Origin: Candidatus Fraserbacteria bacterium
Lineage (GTDB): Bacteria; Bipolaricaulota; Bipolaricaulia; RBG-16-55-9; DRXL01
Assembly (NCBI GenBank): GCA_947085185.1
Contig: CAMTVK010000028.1
Span: 1-30,206, forward strand
Reading direction: 5' to 3'
Length of the DNA stretch: 30,206 bases
Below are positions 1 to 7,182 of this stretch, in pieces. The number at the start of each line of letters is the position of its first letter. Position 1 is the stretch's first letter. The position numbers were made by a program, and so were the translations under genes. The notes beneath the pieces were generated by a model. That model saw only the letters and a program-made list of their open reading frames with translations. It did not search any database and was not told the DNA's origin.

Positions 1-124
1 ACACTGAATCCTCTGGAGCTTCGCCGGCGGATTGAGAGGAATCTGGAGGAACTAAGGAGGCTACATGGGTAACAAGAATTATGAGGCAAAGTTGCGGGCT
101 TCGGTAACAGCTACTTATGAGGCA
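1..124 (+). mobile_element. Probable right end of an IS: C-terminus of a DDE/integrase-core transposase (1..72) plus subterminal repeats
   Basis: Frame 1 reads TLNPLELRRRIERNLEELRRLHG* (stop 70-72), resembling the 'LNPxxLxRxI' tail I associate with rve-type/ISNCY-like transposases. It is followed by two copies of GGTAACA-N4/5-TTATGAGGCA (68-88, 103-124). Only the end is visible. Confidence 0.5.
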
Positions 125-134
125 TCACGTGGGC

Positions 135-163
135 TTGTCTGCCCGCTCGCTGCTCGCTACAGT
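135..163 (+). promoter_or_regulatory. Sigma70-type promoter for 181..663
   Basis: TTGTCT(135-140)-17 nt-TACAGT(158-163); SD GAGGTGA before ATG 181. Confidence 0.55.
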
Positions 164-180
164 GTAGGCGAGGTGATCCT

Positions 181-663
181 ATGGAGCTCAAGACTGTTAC
201 CATCGAGAAGCCCGCAGACGTCAACTTTATCTTAGGGCAGTCGCATTTTATAAAGACTGTCGAAGACATTCACGAAGCGTTAGTGACTGCCGTGCCCAAG
301 ATTAAATTCGGGCTAGCGTTCTGTGAGTCTTCTGGGCCGGCGCTGGTGCGCTGGAGCGGCACCGACCCGGAGATGATCGAGCTTGCCAAGAGGAACGCTT
401 TGGCTCTGTCGGCCGGCCATAGCTTTGTGATCTTTCTCAAAGACTGCTATCCTATCAACGTTCTGAATGTTATCAAAAACGTTCCCGAAGTCTGTAATAT
501 CTATTGCGCGACGGCTAACCCCGTCGAGGTGGTCATCGCCGAGACGGCACACGGGCGCGGCATTTTAGGTGTGATCGACGGGGTGAAGTCCAAGGGCATC
601 GAGAGCGCCAAAGAGATTCACGAGCGCAAGGAGTTCTTGCGTAAGATCGGCTATAAGCTTTAG
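181..663 (+). CDS. Adenosine-specific kinase family protein (PAE2307-like)
   Basis: NFILGQSHFIKTVEDIHEAL, FGLAFCESSG, GHSF, CATANPVEV, GRGILGVIDG, RKIGYK motifs; 160 aa; SD present. Confidence 0.9.
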   Translation: MELKTVTIEKPADVNFILGQSHFIKTVEDIHEALVTAVPKIKFGLAFCESSGPALVRWSGTDPEMIELAKRNALALSAGHSFVIFLKDCYPINVLNVIKNVPEVCNIYCATANPVEVVIAETAHGRGILGVIDGVKSKGIESAKEIHERKEFLRKIGYKL

Positions 664-1712
664 AACGTCTGCCAAAGAATAGGCTCAGTGAAATCGGGCA
701 AGCCCTCTGCGGTCAAAGGGACTTCAGCTCGTTCGATAGGGATGACGGGAAAGCCTGAACCGAAACGATAGATATACGTATACGGCTTCTCGTCTCGGTA
801 GTGCAGGAAGACCTGAGCGATGAGCTTGGCTTTCTCGAGCAGAATAGGTTTTCCGAGGTTGTCGCGCCGCGCGATCCCCAGATCAAAGAGCGCTTTGGTG
901 TTGAGCACATACGCTGAAAAAGTCACAGCAAAATCTTCGAATTCGTTGGTCATAGCATAGGTGGGCGGGCCGCCGAAGGGCTCCCGAACATAATTGACCA
1001 TATCGGATCCGGATTGTCTGTGCAGCGAGGCCCACTCGCGCTTGAGGGACGCACCAAGTTTAATAAAATGAATGAAGTGCGCCAGCTCATGATAGAAGAT
1101 GCCCGTGAAGCGCCGCCCCGGCGTCATGCGATACATCTCTAAGATGCGCTCTCTGGGGAGAAATCGCCCCTCGAATTTGTCAGAAGGGGGCAGAAAGAGA
1201 ATCTTTCGAAGCCCCTGGACGAGATTGGTCCCTAAGGAGCGCAGCGCTCGCCACATCTGATCGCAGTGAAAATCTTCGAGCTCGCCGGCTTCTTCTTCGT
1301 AAAAGATGCGAATCCCAAGTTCTGTGGCGATCTCGACGCAGAAGAGCTTGGGGAAGGTGATATAGAGCTCAGCAGTTATGGCGACGCTGTTAGAGTGTAG
1401 GAGGACGACGCGCCAGGGCTGGTTGAGGCTCTCTTGGTCGGCTTCAGCGAGCAGATCGAACGAGCTTGCGCCCATGGTCGCGGCGACGGGCTCGTTCTGA
1501 TTGGGCCGATAGAGCTGGGCCGAGGCCCACAGCTCCAAGGGGCGCAGCTCAAAGTGCACCCGAACGGTGCCGGGCGCAGTAGGGGTGAAGGTCCACTCAT
1601 ACAGTTCGTTTGGAGCGACGGTCGCTCTGTACGAGCCGGTGACGGTCGCCTGAGCGCTGACGGCCAACACCAGAGAGACTGCGAGAGCTATGCGAAAGAC
1701 TTGTGAGATCAT
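660..1712 (-). CDS. Secreted putative zinc metallopeptidase (HExxH) with N-terminal beta-rich domain
   Basis: Start moved to ATG 1712 (SD AAGGAGG); signal peptide MISQVFRIALAVSLVLAVSAQA; YHELAH plus downstream YAMTNEFEDFA, as in lethal-factor-like zincins. Confidence 0.7.
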   Translation of the reverse strand: MISQVFRIALAVSLVLAVSAQATVTGSYRATVAPNELYEWTFTPTAPGTVRVHFELRPLELWASAQLYRPNQNEPVAATMGASSFDLLAEADQESLNQPWRVVLLHSNSVAITAELYITFPKLFCVEIATELGIRIFYEEEAGELEDFHCDQMWRALRSLGTNLVQGLRKILFLPPSDKFEGRFLPRERILEMYRMTPGRRFTGIFYHELAHFIHFIKLGASLKREWASLHRQSGSDMVNYVREPFGGPPTYAMTNEFEDFAVTFSAYVLNTKALFDLGIARRDNLGKPILLEKAKLIAQVFLHYRDEKPYTYIYRFGSGFPVIPIERAEVPLTAEGLPDFTEPILWQTF

Positions 1713-1814
1713 GGCCGATGCCCTCCTTGAGAGAGCTTGGAGCGCGAGCGCGGAGAGCCCTTCCCCCCAAGACGATCTGAACTGAAGGGCGGACGCCCTC
1801 TCAAGTAGTGTCCT

Positions 1815-1860
1815 CACCCCAGCCCCTCTCCCGCCTTTGCGGACGGGAGAGGGTGGGGTG
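1815..1860. repeat. REP-like GC-rich hairpin after hup
   Basis: CACCCCA/TGGGGTG and CCCTCTCCCG/CGGGAGAGGG stems; CCTCACCCCAGCCCCTCTCCC-type element; may act as terminator or stabiliser. Confidence 0.65.
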
Positions 1861-1866
1861 GAAATC

Positions 1867-2190
1867 TTATGCTCTCTTGACGGAGAGCTTGCCGCCGGCC
1901 TCGACGACCTTGAGGCGCTTGCGCACCAGCTCTTTGAGTTCGCGGCCGGCGCGGAAGGCTGGGACGGCCTTGCTGGGGACCATGAGGCGTTGGCCGGTCT
2001 GCGGGTTGATGCGGCTGCTGCTGCGGCGCGGCCGAGCAGCGAAGCTGCCAAACCCGGTGATGCGCACGGTCTGGCCGTCCGCGACCGATTTGGAGATCGC
2101 GGTGAAGATCGTGTTGACGGCCTCGCGCGCGGTGCGCTTGGGCATGCCCGTCTTCTGGGCGATCGTCTCGATGAGCTCTGCCTTGTTCAT
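1867..2190 (-). CDS. hup: HU family DNA-binding protein with basic C-terminal extension
   Basis: MNKAELIETIA, VRITGFGSF, RINPQTG, VPAFRAGRELKE; start moved to ATG 2190 (SD AGGGGG); upstream TTGACT-18 nt-TACAAT. Confidence 0.95.
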   Translation of the reverse strand: MNKAELIETIAQKTGMPKRTAREAVNTIFTAISKSVADGQTVRITGFGSFAARPRRSSSRINPQTGQRLMVPSKAVPAFRAGRELKELVRKRLKVVEAGGKLSVKRA

Positions 2191-2516
2191 GTCGAACCCC
2201 CTTTGTGTGGTTGCTGTTATGGTAGCTGTATTGTAGAGCAGAAGTAGTCCAAAAGTCAAGTCGAGGGGGAGGGGGGATGAGTGAATGCTAGCGGGGGAAC
2301 GGGAGGGTGATCGTGATTTTTCTATTCTGATCTGAATTTTCGTCATCCCCATCTCTTAAGCGCTCTGGCGCGGGTCGGGGTGTTCTAAGATCGCCTTGGC
2401 CTGCGCCTCACGATATTGTTTTCGCGATACTGGGGATACTATGCGCTTCGCGATCCCATGATGACGCTCACCAGCGGCTGCGTGGCGCACCTCCCTGTGC
2501 TACAATACAGCTATCT

Positions 2517-3053
2517 ATGAAGATTCTAGGGATATCGGGGAGCTTGCGCAAGGGCTCTTATAATACAGCGGCCCTGCGCGCCGCACAAGAAGTACTCCCT
2601 GAGGGCTGCCAGATGGAGATCTTCGATCTTTCACCTATCCCTCTGTACTGCGAAGATCTTGAGGCTCCACCATCGGTGCAGATCTTAGGGGATCGTATAG
2701 CGGCCGCCGATGCGGTGCTCATCGCGACTCCAGAGTATAATCACTCGATCTCCGGGGTGCTCAAGAACGCGCTCGATTGGGTCTCGTCTCTGCCGAACGA
2801 GCCGTGCGCGGGCAAGCCCGCGGCCCTCTTTGGCGTGAGCACGGGGTACTTTGGGGCGCTGCGGGCTCAGCTCCATCTGCGCGAAGTCTGCGCAGCGCTG
2901 GGGATGCTCGTGCTGCCTAAGCCCGAGCTCTTTATCTCTCACGCCACAGAGAAATTCGACGCTCACGGGACACTCATTGACCCCCAGACGCGTCAGCGCT
3001 TGCGCGCCCTGCTGGAGGCGCTCATCGCGTGGGCCCAAAGAATCGCTCAGTGA
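2517..3053 (+). CDS. NAD(P)H-dependent FMN reductase (ChrR/SsuE-like flavodoxin fold)
   Basis: GISGSLRKGSYN, ATPEYN, LKNALDW motifs. Confidence 0.92.
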   Translation: MKILGISGSLRKGSYNTAALRAAQEVLPEGCQMEIFDLSPIPLYCEDLEAPPSVQILGDRIAAADAVLIATPEYNHSISGVLKNALDWVSSLPNEPCAGKPAALFGVSTGYFGALRAQLHLREVCAALGMLVLPKPELFISHATEKFDAHGTLIDPQTRQRLRALLEALIAWAQRIAQ

Positions 3054-3057
3054 GGGT

Positions 3058-3086
3058 TTGACACCGGAGGGCGAGGGCTATACAAT
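3058..3086 (+). promoter_or_regulatory. Near-consensus sigma70 promoter of the prp operon (leaderless arrangement)
   Basis: TTGACA(3058-3063)-17 nt-TACAAT(3081-3086); ATG 8 nt later with no SD. Confidence 0.75.
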
Positions 3087-3094
3087 TAGCAGTT

Positions 3095-4201
3095 ATGGAA
3101 GAGAAATCCTACAGTCCTGGCCTTGAAGGCATCATCGCCACGGAGACGCGCATCTCGTTTCTTGACGTCGAGCGCGAAGCGATCATCGTCCGGGGATATA
3201 ATCTTCTGGAGCTCATCCGCACTGCGACATATATAGATGTGCTGGGGATTTTGGTGGACGAAAAGCTTCCCGATGCCCAGCGCAAAGCCGCGTTCGAGCA
3301 TCAGCTCACGACGGCGTCCGTGCCCGGGGCAGTGTACGAGATCCTCGCCAAGCTCCCCTCTTCTATGCACGCCATGGATCGGCTGCGCACGGCCCTGTCG
3401 GCGTTGGCCGGCTTTGACCCTGAGGCCAATACGGCCGATCCGGAGCGGGAGCGCGCCAAAGCTCCGCGCTTGGTCGGCCAGATCGCTCAGATCGTCGCCA
3501 ATCTCACGCGGGTCGCTTCGGGGGATGCCCCCAAAACGTTTACCCCTGAGCACAGCTTCGCCGAGAACTTCTTGCGCACTATCGTCGGACGGGATCTCTC
3601 TGCGGCCGAGGTGCGCGCCTTCGAGCAGACGCTCATCGCCTACAGCGAGCATGAGCTGCCGAACTCGACGTTTGCTGCGCGCGTGGTCGCCTCGACCCTC
3701 TCGGACGCGTATGGGGCGCTGATAGCAGCTGTGGCCTCGCTTAAGGGGCCGCTGCATGGAGGGGCGAACGAAGCCGTCATGGCCATGCTCCAGCAGGCTC
3801 AGACGCCCGATGGGCTGGAGCGGCTTATCCGAGAGAAGCTCGCCAAGAAAGAGCGCATCATGGGGTTTGGGCATCGCGTCTATATGCGTCGGATCGATCC
3901 GCGCGCTCAGCTGCTCAAAGAGACCTTGCGAGAGCTCAGTGCCGTCAGGGGAAAGGGCGCAGAACTCTTGGCGATGTGCGAGCGCGGCGAAGAAGTCATG
4001 CGCGCGGAGAAGGGGATCTATCCGAACTTGGATTACTATGCCGCGCCGGTGTACGCCCTGCTGGATATCCCCGTGGAGCTCTATACGCCTCTCTTCTTTG
4101 CGGCGCGCTCCGCCGGGCTGCTGGCGCACATTATCGAGCAGCATCGGGAGAATCGGCTCTATCGGCCTCGCGCTCGCTACATCGGCCCCATGACGGTATG
4201 A
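3095..4201 (+). CDS. prpC: 2-methylcitrate/citrate synthase
   Basis: YSPGLEG, NSTFAARV, GPLHGGANE, GFGHRVY, PNLDYY; followed by prpD and prpB (mmgDEF-like order). Confidence 0.88.
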   Translation: MEEKSYSPGLEGIIATETRISFLDVEREAIIVRGYNLLELIRTATYIDVLGILVDEKLPDAQRKAAFEHQLTTASVPGAVYEILAKLPSSMHAMDRLRTALSALAGFDPEANTADPERERAKAPRLVGQIAQIVANLTRVASGDAPKTFTPEHSFAENFLRTIVGRDLSAAEVRAFEQTLIAYSEHELPNSTFAARVVASTLSDAYGALIAAVASLKGPLHGGANEAVMAMLQQAQTPDGLERLIREKLAKKERIMGFGHRVYMRRIDPRAQLLKETLRELSAVRGKGAELLAMCERGEEVMRAEKGIYPNLDYYAAPVYALLDIPVELYTPLFFAARSAGLLAHIIEQHRENRLYRPRARYIGPMTV

Positions 4202-4205
4202 CTCT

Positions 4206-5624
4206 ATGGCCGACCCTGTGCTGGAGCAGATCGCCGACTATGTGATCGAAGGCTCTATCACGAGCGCGGGGGCGTACCAGACGGCGCGCCTGGCGCTCAT
4301 GGACGCGCTCTCCTGTGCCCTGAGCGCGCTCGCCTCCCCAGAGTGCATCGCGCTTATTGGTCCGAGCGCTCCGGGCATGATCGTCCCCGATGGGGTGCGC
4401 GTGCCGGGAACTTCTTTGGTGGTGGATGTCGAGCACGGCGCGTTTGCCATCACGGCGCTCATTCGCTGGCTCGATTATAACGACACGTGGCTGGCGCGGG
4501 AGTGGGGGCATCCGTCGGATAACTTTGGGGCAATCTTGGCCGTGGCTGACTGGCACAGTCAGAAGCTGCGGCGCTGGGGCGAGCGCCCCTATCGGGTGCA
4601 GGACGTGCTCACGGCGGCTATTAAAGCCTATGAGATCCAAGGCGTGCTGTCGCTGGAGAACAGTCTGAATCGGCGCGGCTTTGATCATGTGCACTTTGTG
4701 AAGGTCGCGTCAGCGGCTGTGGCCGCGTGGCTGCTTGGCGGCACCAAGGAAGAGGTGCTCAGCGCCGTGAGCAACGCGTTCCTTGACGGGGCGGCGCTGC
4801 GCACTTATAGACACTTTCCCAACACCGGGCCGCGCAAGTCCTGGGCCGCTGCCGATGCGGCCCTCCGTGCGGTGCGCCTGGCCCTGTTTGCCCTGCGCGG
4901 GGAGCCGGGCTATCCTACAGCGCTGAGCGCTCCCCAGTGGGGCTTTGAGGCGGTAGTCATGGGGGGCGAGCCCCTGAGATTGGCCCGCCCCTTGGATAGC
5001 TACGTCATGGAAAATATTCTCTTCAAAGTCTCATACCCGGCAGAATTTCACGGGCAGACTGCTGTTGAGGCCGCCTTGGCTCTCCACCCCCAGGTGCGCG
5101 AGCGCCTCTCGGAGATCAAGCGCATCGTGATCGAGACCCAAGAGCCCGCCATGCGCATCATTGACAAGCCCGGCCCGTTCCGCAATCCCGCCGATCGCGA
5201 TCATTCGTTGCAGTATATGACAGCCGTGGCGCTGCTCTATGGGGAGCTGCGCTACGAGCACTATCTTGACCCCATTGCTTCAGATCCTAAGATTGCAGAG
5301 CTCATCGCCGCGATGGAGGTGCGCGAGAACCCCCAATTCAGTCGGGATTATCTTGATCCGCAGAAGCGCTCCATCGCCAATGCGGTGCAGGTCTTCTTCC
5401 GGGACGGCAGCGCGACCGAGCGCGTCGTGATCGAGTATCCTGTGGGGCATCGGCGGCGGCGTGCCGAGGCCGTGCCGCTGCTCCAAGAGAAGTTCTCTCG
5501 GGCGCTGCGGGCGGTCTACCCCGAGCGCAAAGCCGCATGGCTCTATGGGCTGATCGCGGAGAGCTCTGACTTGCCAGAGATGGCCGTCGATCAGTTCTTG
5601 GCCGAGCTGGCTCGGCCCGGGTGA
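4206..5624 (+). CDS. prpD: 2-methylcitrate dehydratase
   Basis: RWLDYNDTWLAREWGHPSDN, RKSWAA, FKVSYPAEFHGQTA, ADRDHSLQY, EYPVGHRRRR. Confidence 0.96.
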   Translation: MADPVLEQIADYVIEGSITSAGAYQTARLALMDALSCALSALASPECIALIGPSAPGMIVPDGVRVPGTSLVVDVEHGAFAITALIRWLDYNDTWLAREWGHPSDNFGAILAVADWHSQKLRRWGERPYRVQDVLTAAIKAYEIQGVLSLENSLNRRGFDHVHFVKVASAAVAAWLLGGTKEEVLSAVSNAFLDGAALRTYRHFPNTGPRKSWAAADAALRAVRLALFALRGEPGYPTALSAPQWGFEAVVMGGEPLRLARPLDSYVMENILFKVSYPAEFHGQTAVEAALALHPQVRERLSEIKRIVIETQEPAMRIIDKPGPFRNPADRDHSLQYMTAVALLYGELRYEHYLDPIASDPKIAELIAAMEVRENPQFSRDYLDPQKRSIANAVQVFFRDGSATERVVIEYPVGHRRRRAEAVPLLQEKFSRALRAVYPERKAAWLYGLIAESSDLPEMAVDQFLAELARPG

Positions 5625-5629
5625 GGGTA

Positions 5630-6526
5630 ATGGCGTGGCTCTTTGAGAGGGTAAGGGAACAAGCGCAGCTGGCGGAGCGCTTTGCGGAGCTGGTGCGGCG
5701 CGGGCGCCTGATCATCCCTGGGGCGCACGATCCCTTGGCGGCGCTGCTGGCCAAGCGCGCGGGATTCCCCGCGCTGTATCTGTCTGGAGCGGCGCTCTCG
5801 GCCAGTTATGGGCTGCCCGACTTGGGAGTGCTCACTCTTGAAGAAGTGGCGCGTCGTGCCGGGCGCATCGTGAGCGCGACCGATCTGCCCCTGCTGGTGG
5901 ACATAGACACGGGCTTCGGCGAGGCGCTCAACGTCGTGCGGACGGCGCGGGAGCTCTGCCACGTTGGGGTCGCTGCGGTGCAGATCGAAGACCAAGAGAT
6001 GCCCAAGCGCTGCGGGCATCTTGGGGGGAAGCGCTTGATCTCTTCAGAAGCGATGGTGCAGAAGATCCGAGCGCTCAAGAGAGCCTGCCCGACTCTGTTT
6101 GTGGTGGCGCGCACCGACGCGCGGGCCCTCGAAGGGATAGAGGGAGTGATCGAGCGCGCGCGGCTCTATCGGGAAGCCGGGGCCGATGCGATCTTCCCAG
6201 AAGCTCTGGAGAGCTTAGAGGAGTTCCAGCGCGTGCGCGCAGCGCTCTGCGGGCCTGCCCTGGCGAACTTGACCGAGTTTGGCAAGACCCCCGCTCTGAC
6301 AGCCCGCGAGCTTTTTGAGCTCGGCTATGAGATGGTGCTCTTTCCCGTGTCGGCACTGCGCGTGGCCGCGAAAGCTCTCGATGAGTTCTACACCCATCTG
6401 GCGCAGCATGGCTCCACCCGAGAATTCCTCGATCGGATGCAGACCCGAGCCGAGCTCTATGAGCTCATCGGGTACGCAGACTACGAGGAGTTCGATCGCG
6501 CGATCTCATCTGAGGGGAACCCCTGA
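5630..6526 (+). CDS. prpB: 2-methylisocitrate lyase
   Basis: YLSGA, LPDLG, DIDTGFG, IEDQ, KRCGH, ARTDA, NLTEFGKTP. ATG 5630 preferred over GTG 5621. Confidence 0.95.
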   Translation: MAWLFERVREQAQLAERFAELVRRGRLIIPGAHDPLAALLAKRAGFPALYLSGAALSASYGLPDLGVLTLEEVARRAGRIVSATDLPLLVDIDTGFGEALNVVRTARELCHVGVAAVQIEDQEMPKRCGHLGGKRLISSEAMVQKIRALKRACPTLFVVARTDARALEGIEGVIERARLYREAGADAIFPEALESLEEFQRVRAALCGPALANLTEFGKTPALTARELFELGYEMVLFPVSALRVAAKALDEFYTHLAQHGSTREFLDRMQTRAELYELIGYADYEEFDRAISSEGNP

Positions 6527-6988
6527 TAGAAGGTGTTCGGGCATCTGGACGGCCACGACCGATCCGTGCGCGCAGACTTCCCCGTTGGCGATCAGTCTCG
6601 ATTCGACGAGCACTTTGCGCCCACTGATCTCTTTGACGCGCGCGCGCACTTCGAGGGGCACTCCCAAGGGTGTCGGACGGAGATAGTCGACTTTCAGCGA
6701 CGCCGTGACGAACCGTAACGGGGGTTCAGTGCCGATCTCGCGCCCCTGCGCACGATACGCCGCGGCTGAAGCCGTCCCCGTCGAGTGACAGTCAATGAGC
6801 GACGCGATGAGCCCGCCGTAGACATACCCAGGGATCGCTATGTGATAGGGCTTCGGTGTGAAGACGCACACAGTTTCGTCGCCGTCCCAGTAGCTCTTGA
6901 TGTGCAGCCCGTGCTCGTTGAGCCGGCCGCAGCCGTAACAGAAACTGAGGTTGTCCGGATAGTACTCTTGAAAGGCTTTCTGGGGCAT
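6506..6988 (-). CDS. PaaI/hotdog-fold thioesterase
   Basis: CYGCGRLNEHGL, YGGLIASLIDCH, VTASLKVDYLRPTP; convergent overlap with the prpB end. Confidence 0.88.
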   Translation of the reverse strand: MPQKAFQEYYPDNLSFCYGCGRLNEHGLHIKSYWDGDETVCVFTPKPYHIAIPGYVYGGLIASLIDCHSTGTASAAAYRAQGREIGTEPPLRFVTASLKVDYLRPTPLGVPLEVRARVKEISGRKVLVESRLIANGEVCAHGSVVAVQMPEHLLSGVPLR

Positions 6989-7182
6989 TCGGATCACGCT
7001 CTGCTTGGTGTCTTGGCGCTTCGCTCGCTATTGTACCCCGTCGGGAGTGCGACGTGCAATGCCAGGGTCTCAAAACGTTGAGGTAATGCCAATTACATAC
7101 TTCCCCAGCGTCCGTATTCTATAATGGGGCCGACCGATCATCACGGAGGTTGGTCTGATCTTAAAAGCGAGGTGACGTTCGT

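Noticed and set aside
1713..2051. N-terminal extension of the 660..2051 ORF
   Set aside because: It overlaps hup in another frame and the REP hairpin; the SD and signal peptide mark ATG 1712.
7083..7096. GTAAT-N4-ATTAC operator candidate
   Set aside because: Short single occurrence that cannot be distinguished from chance.
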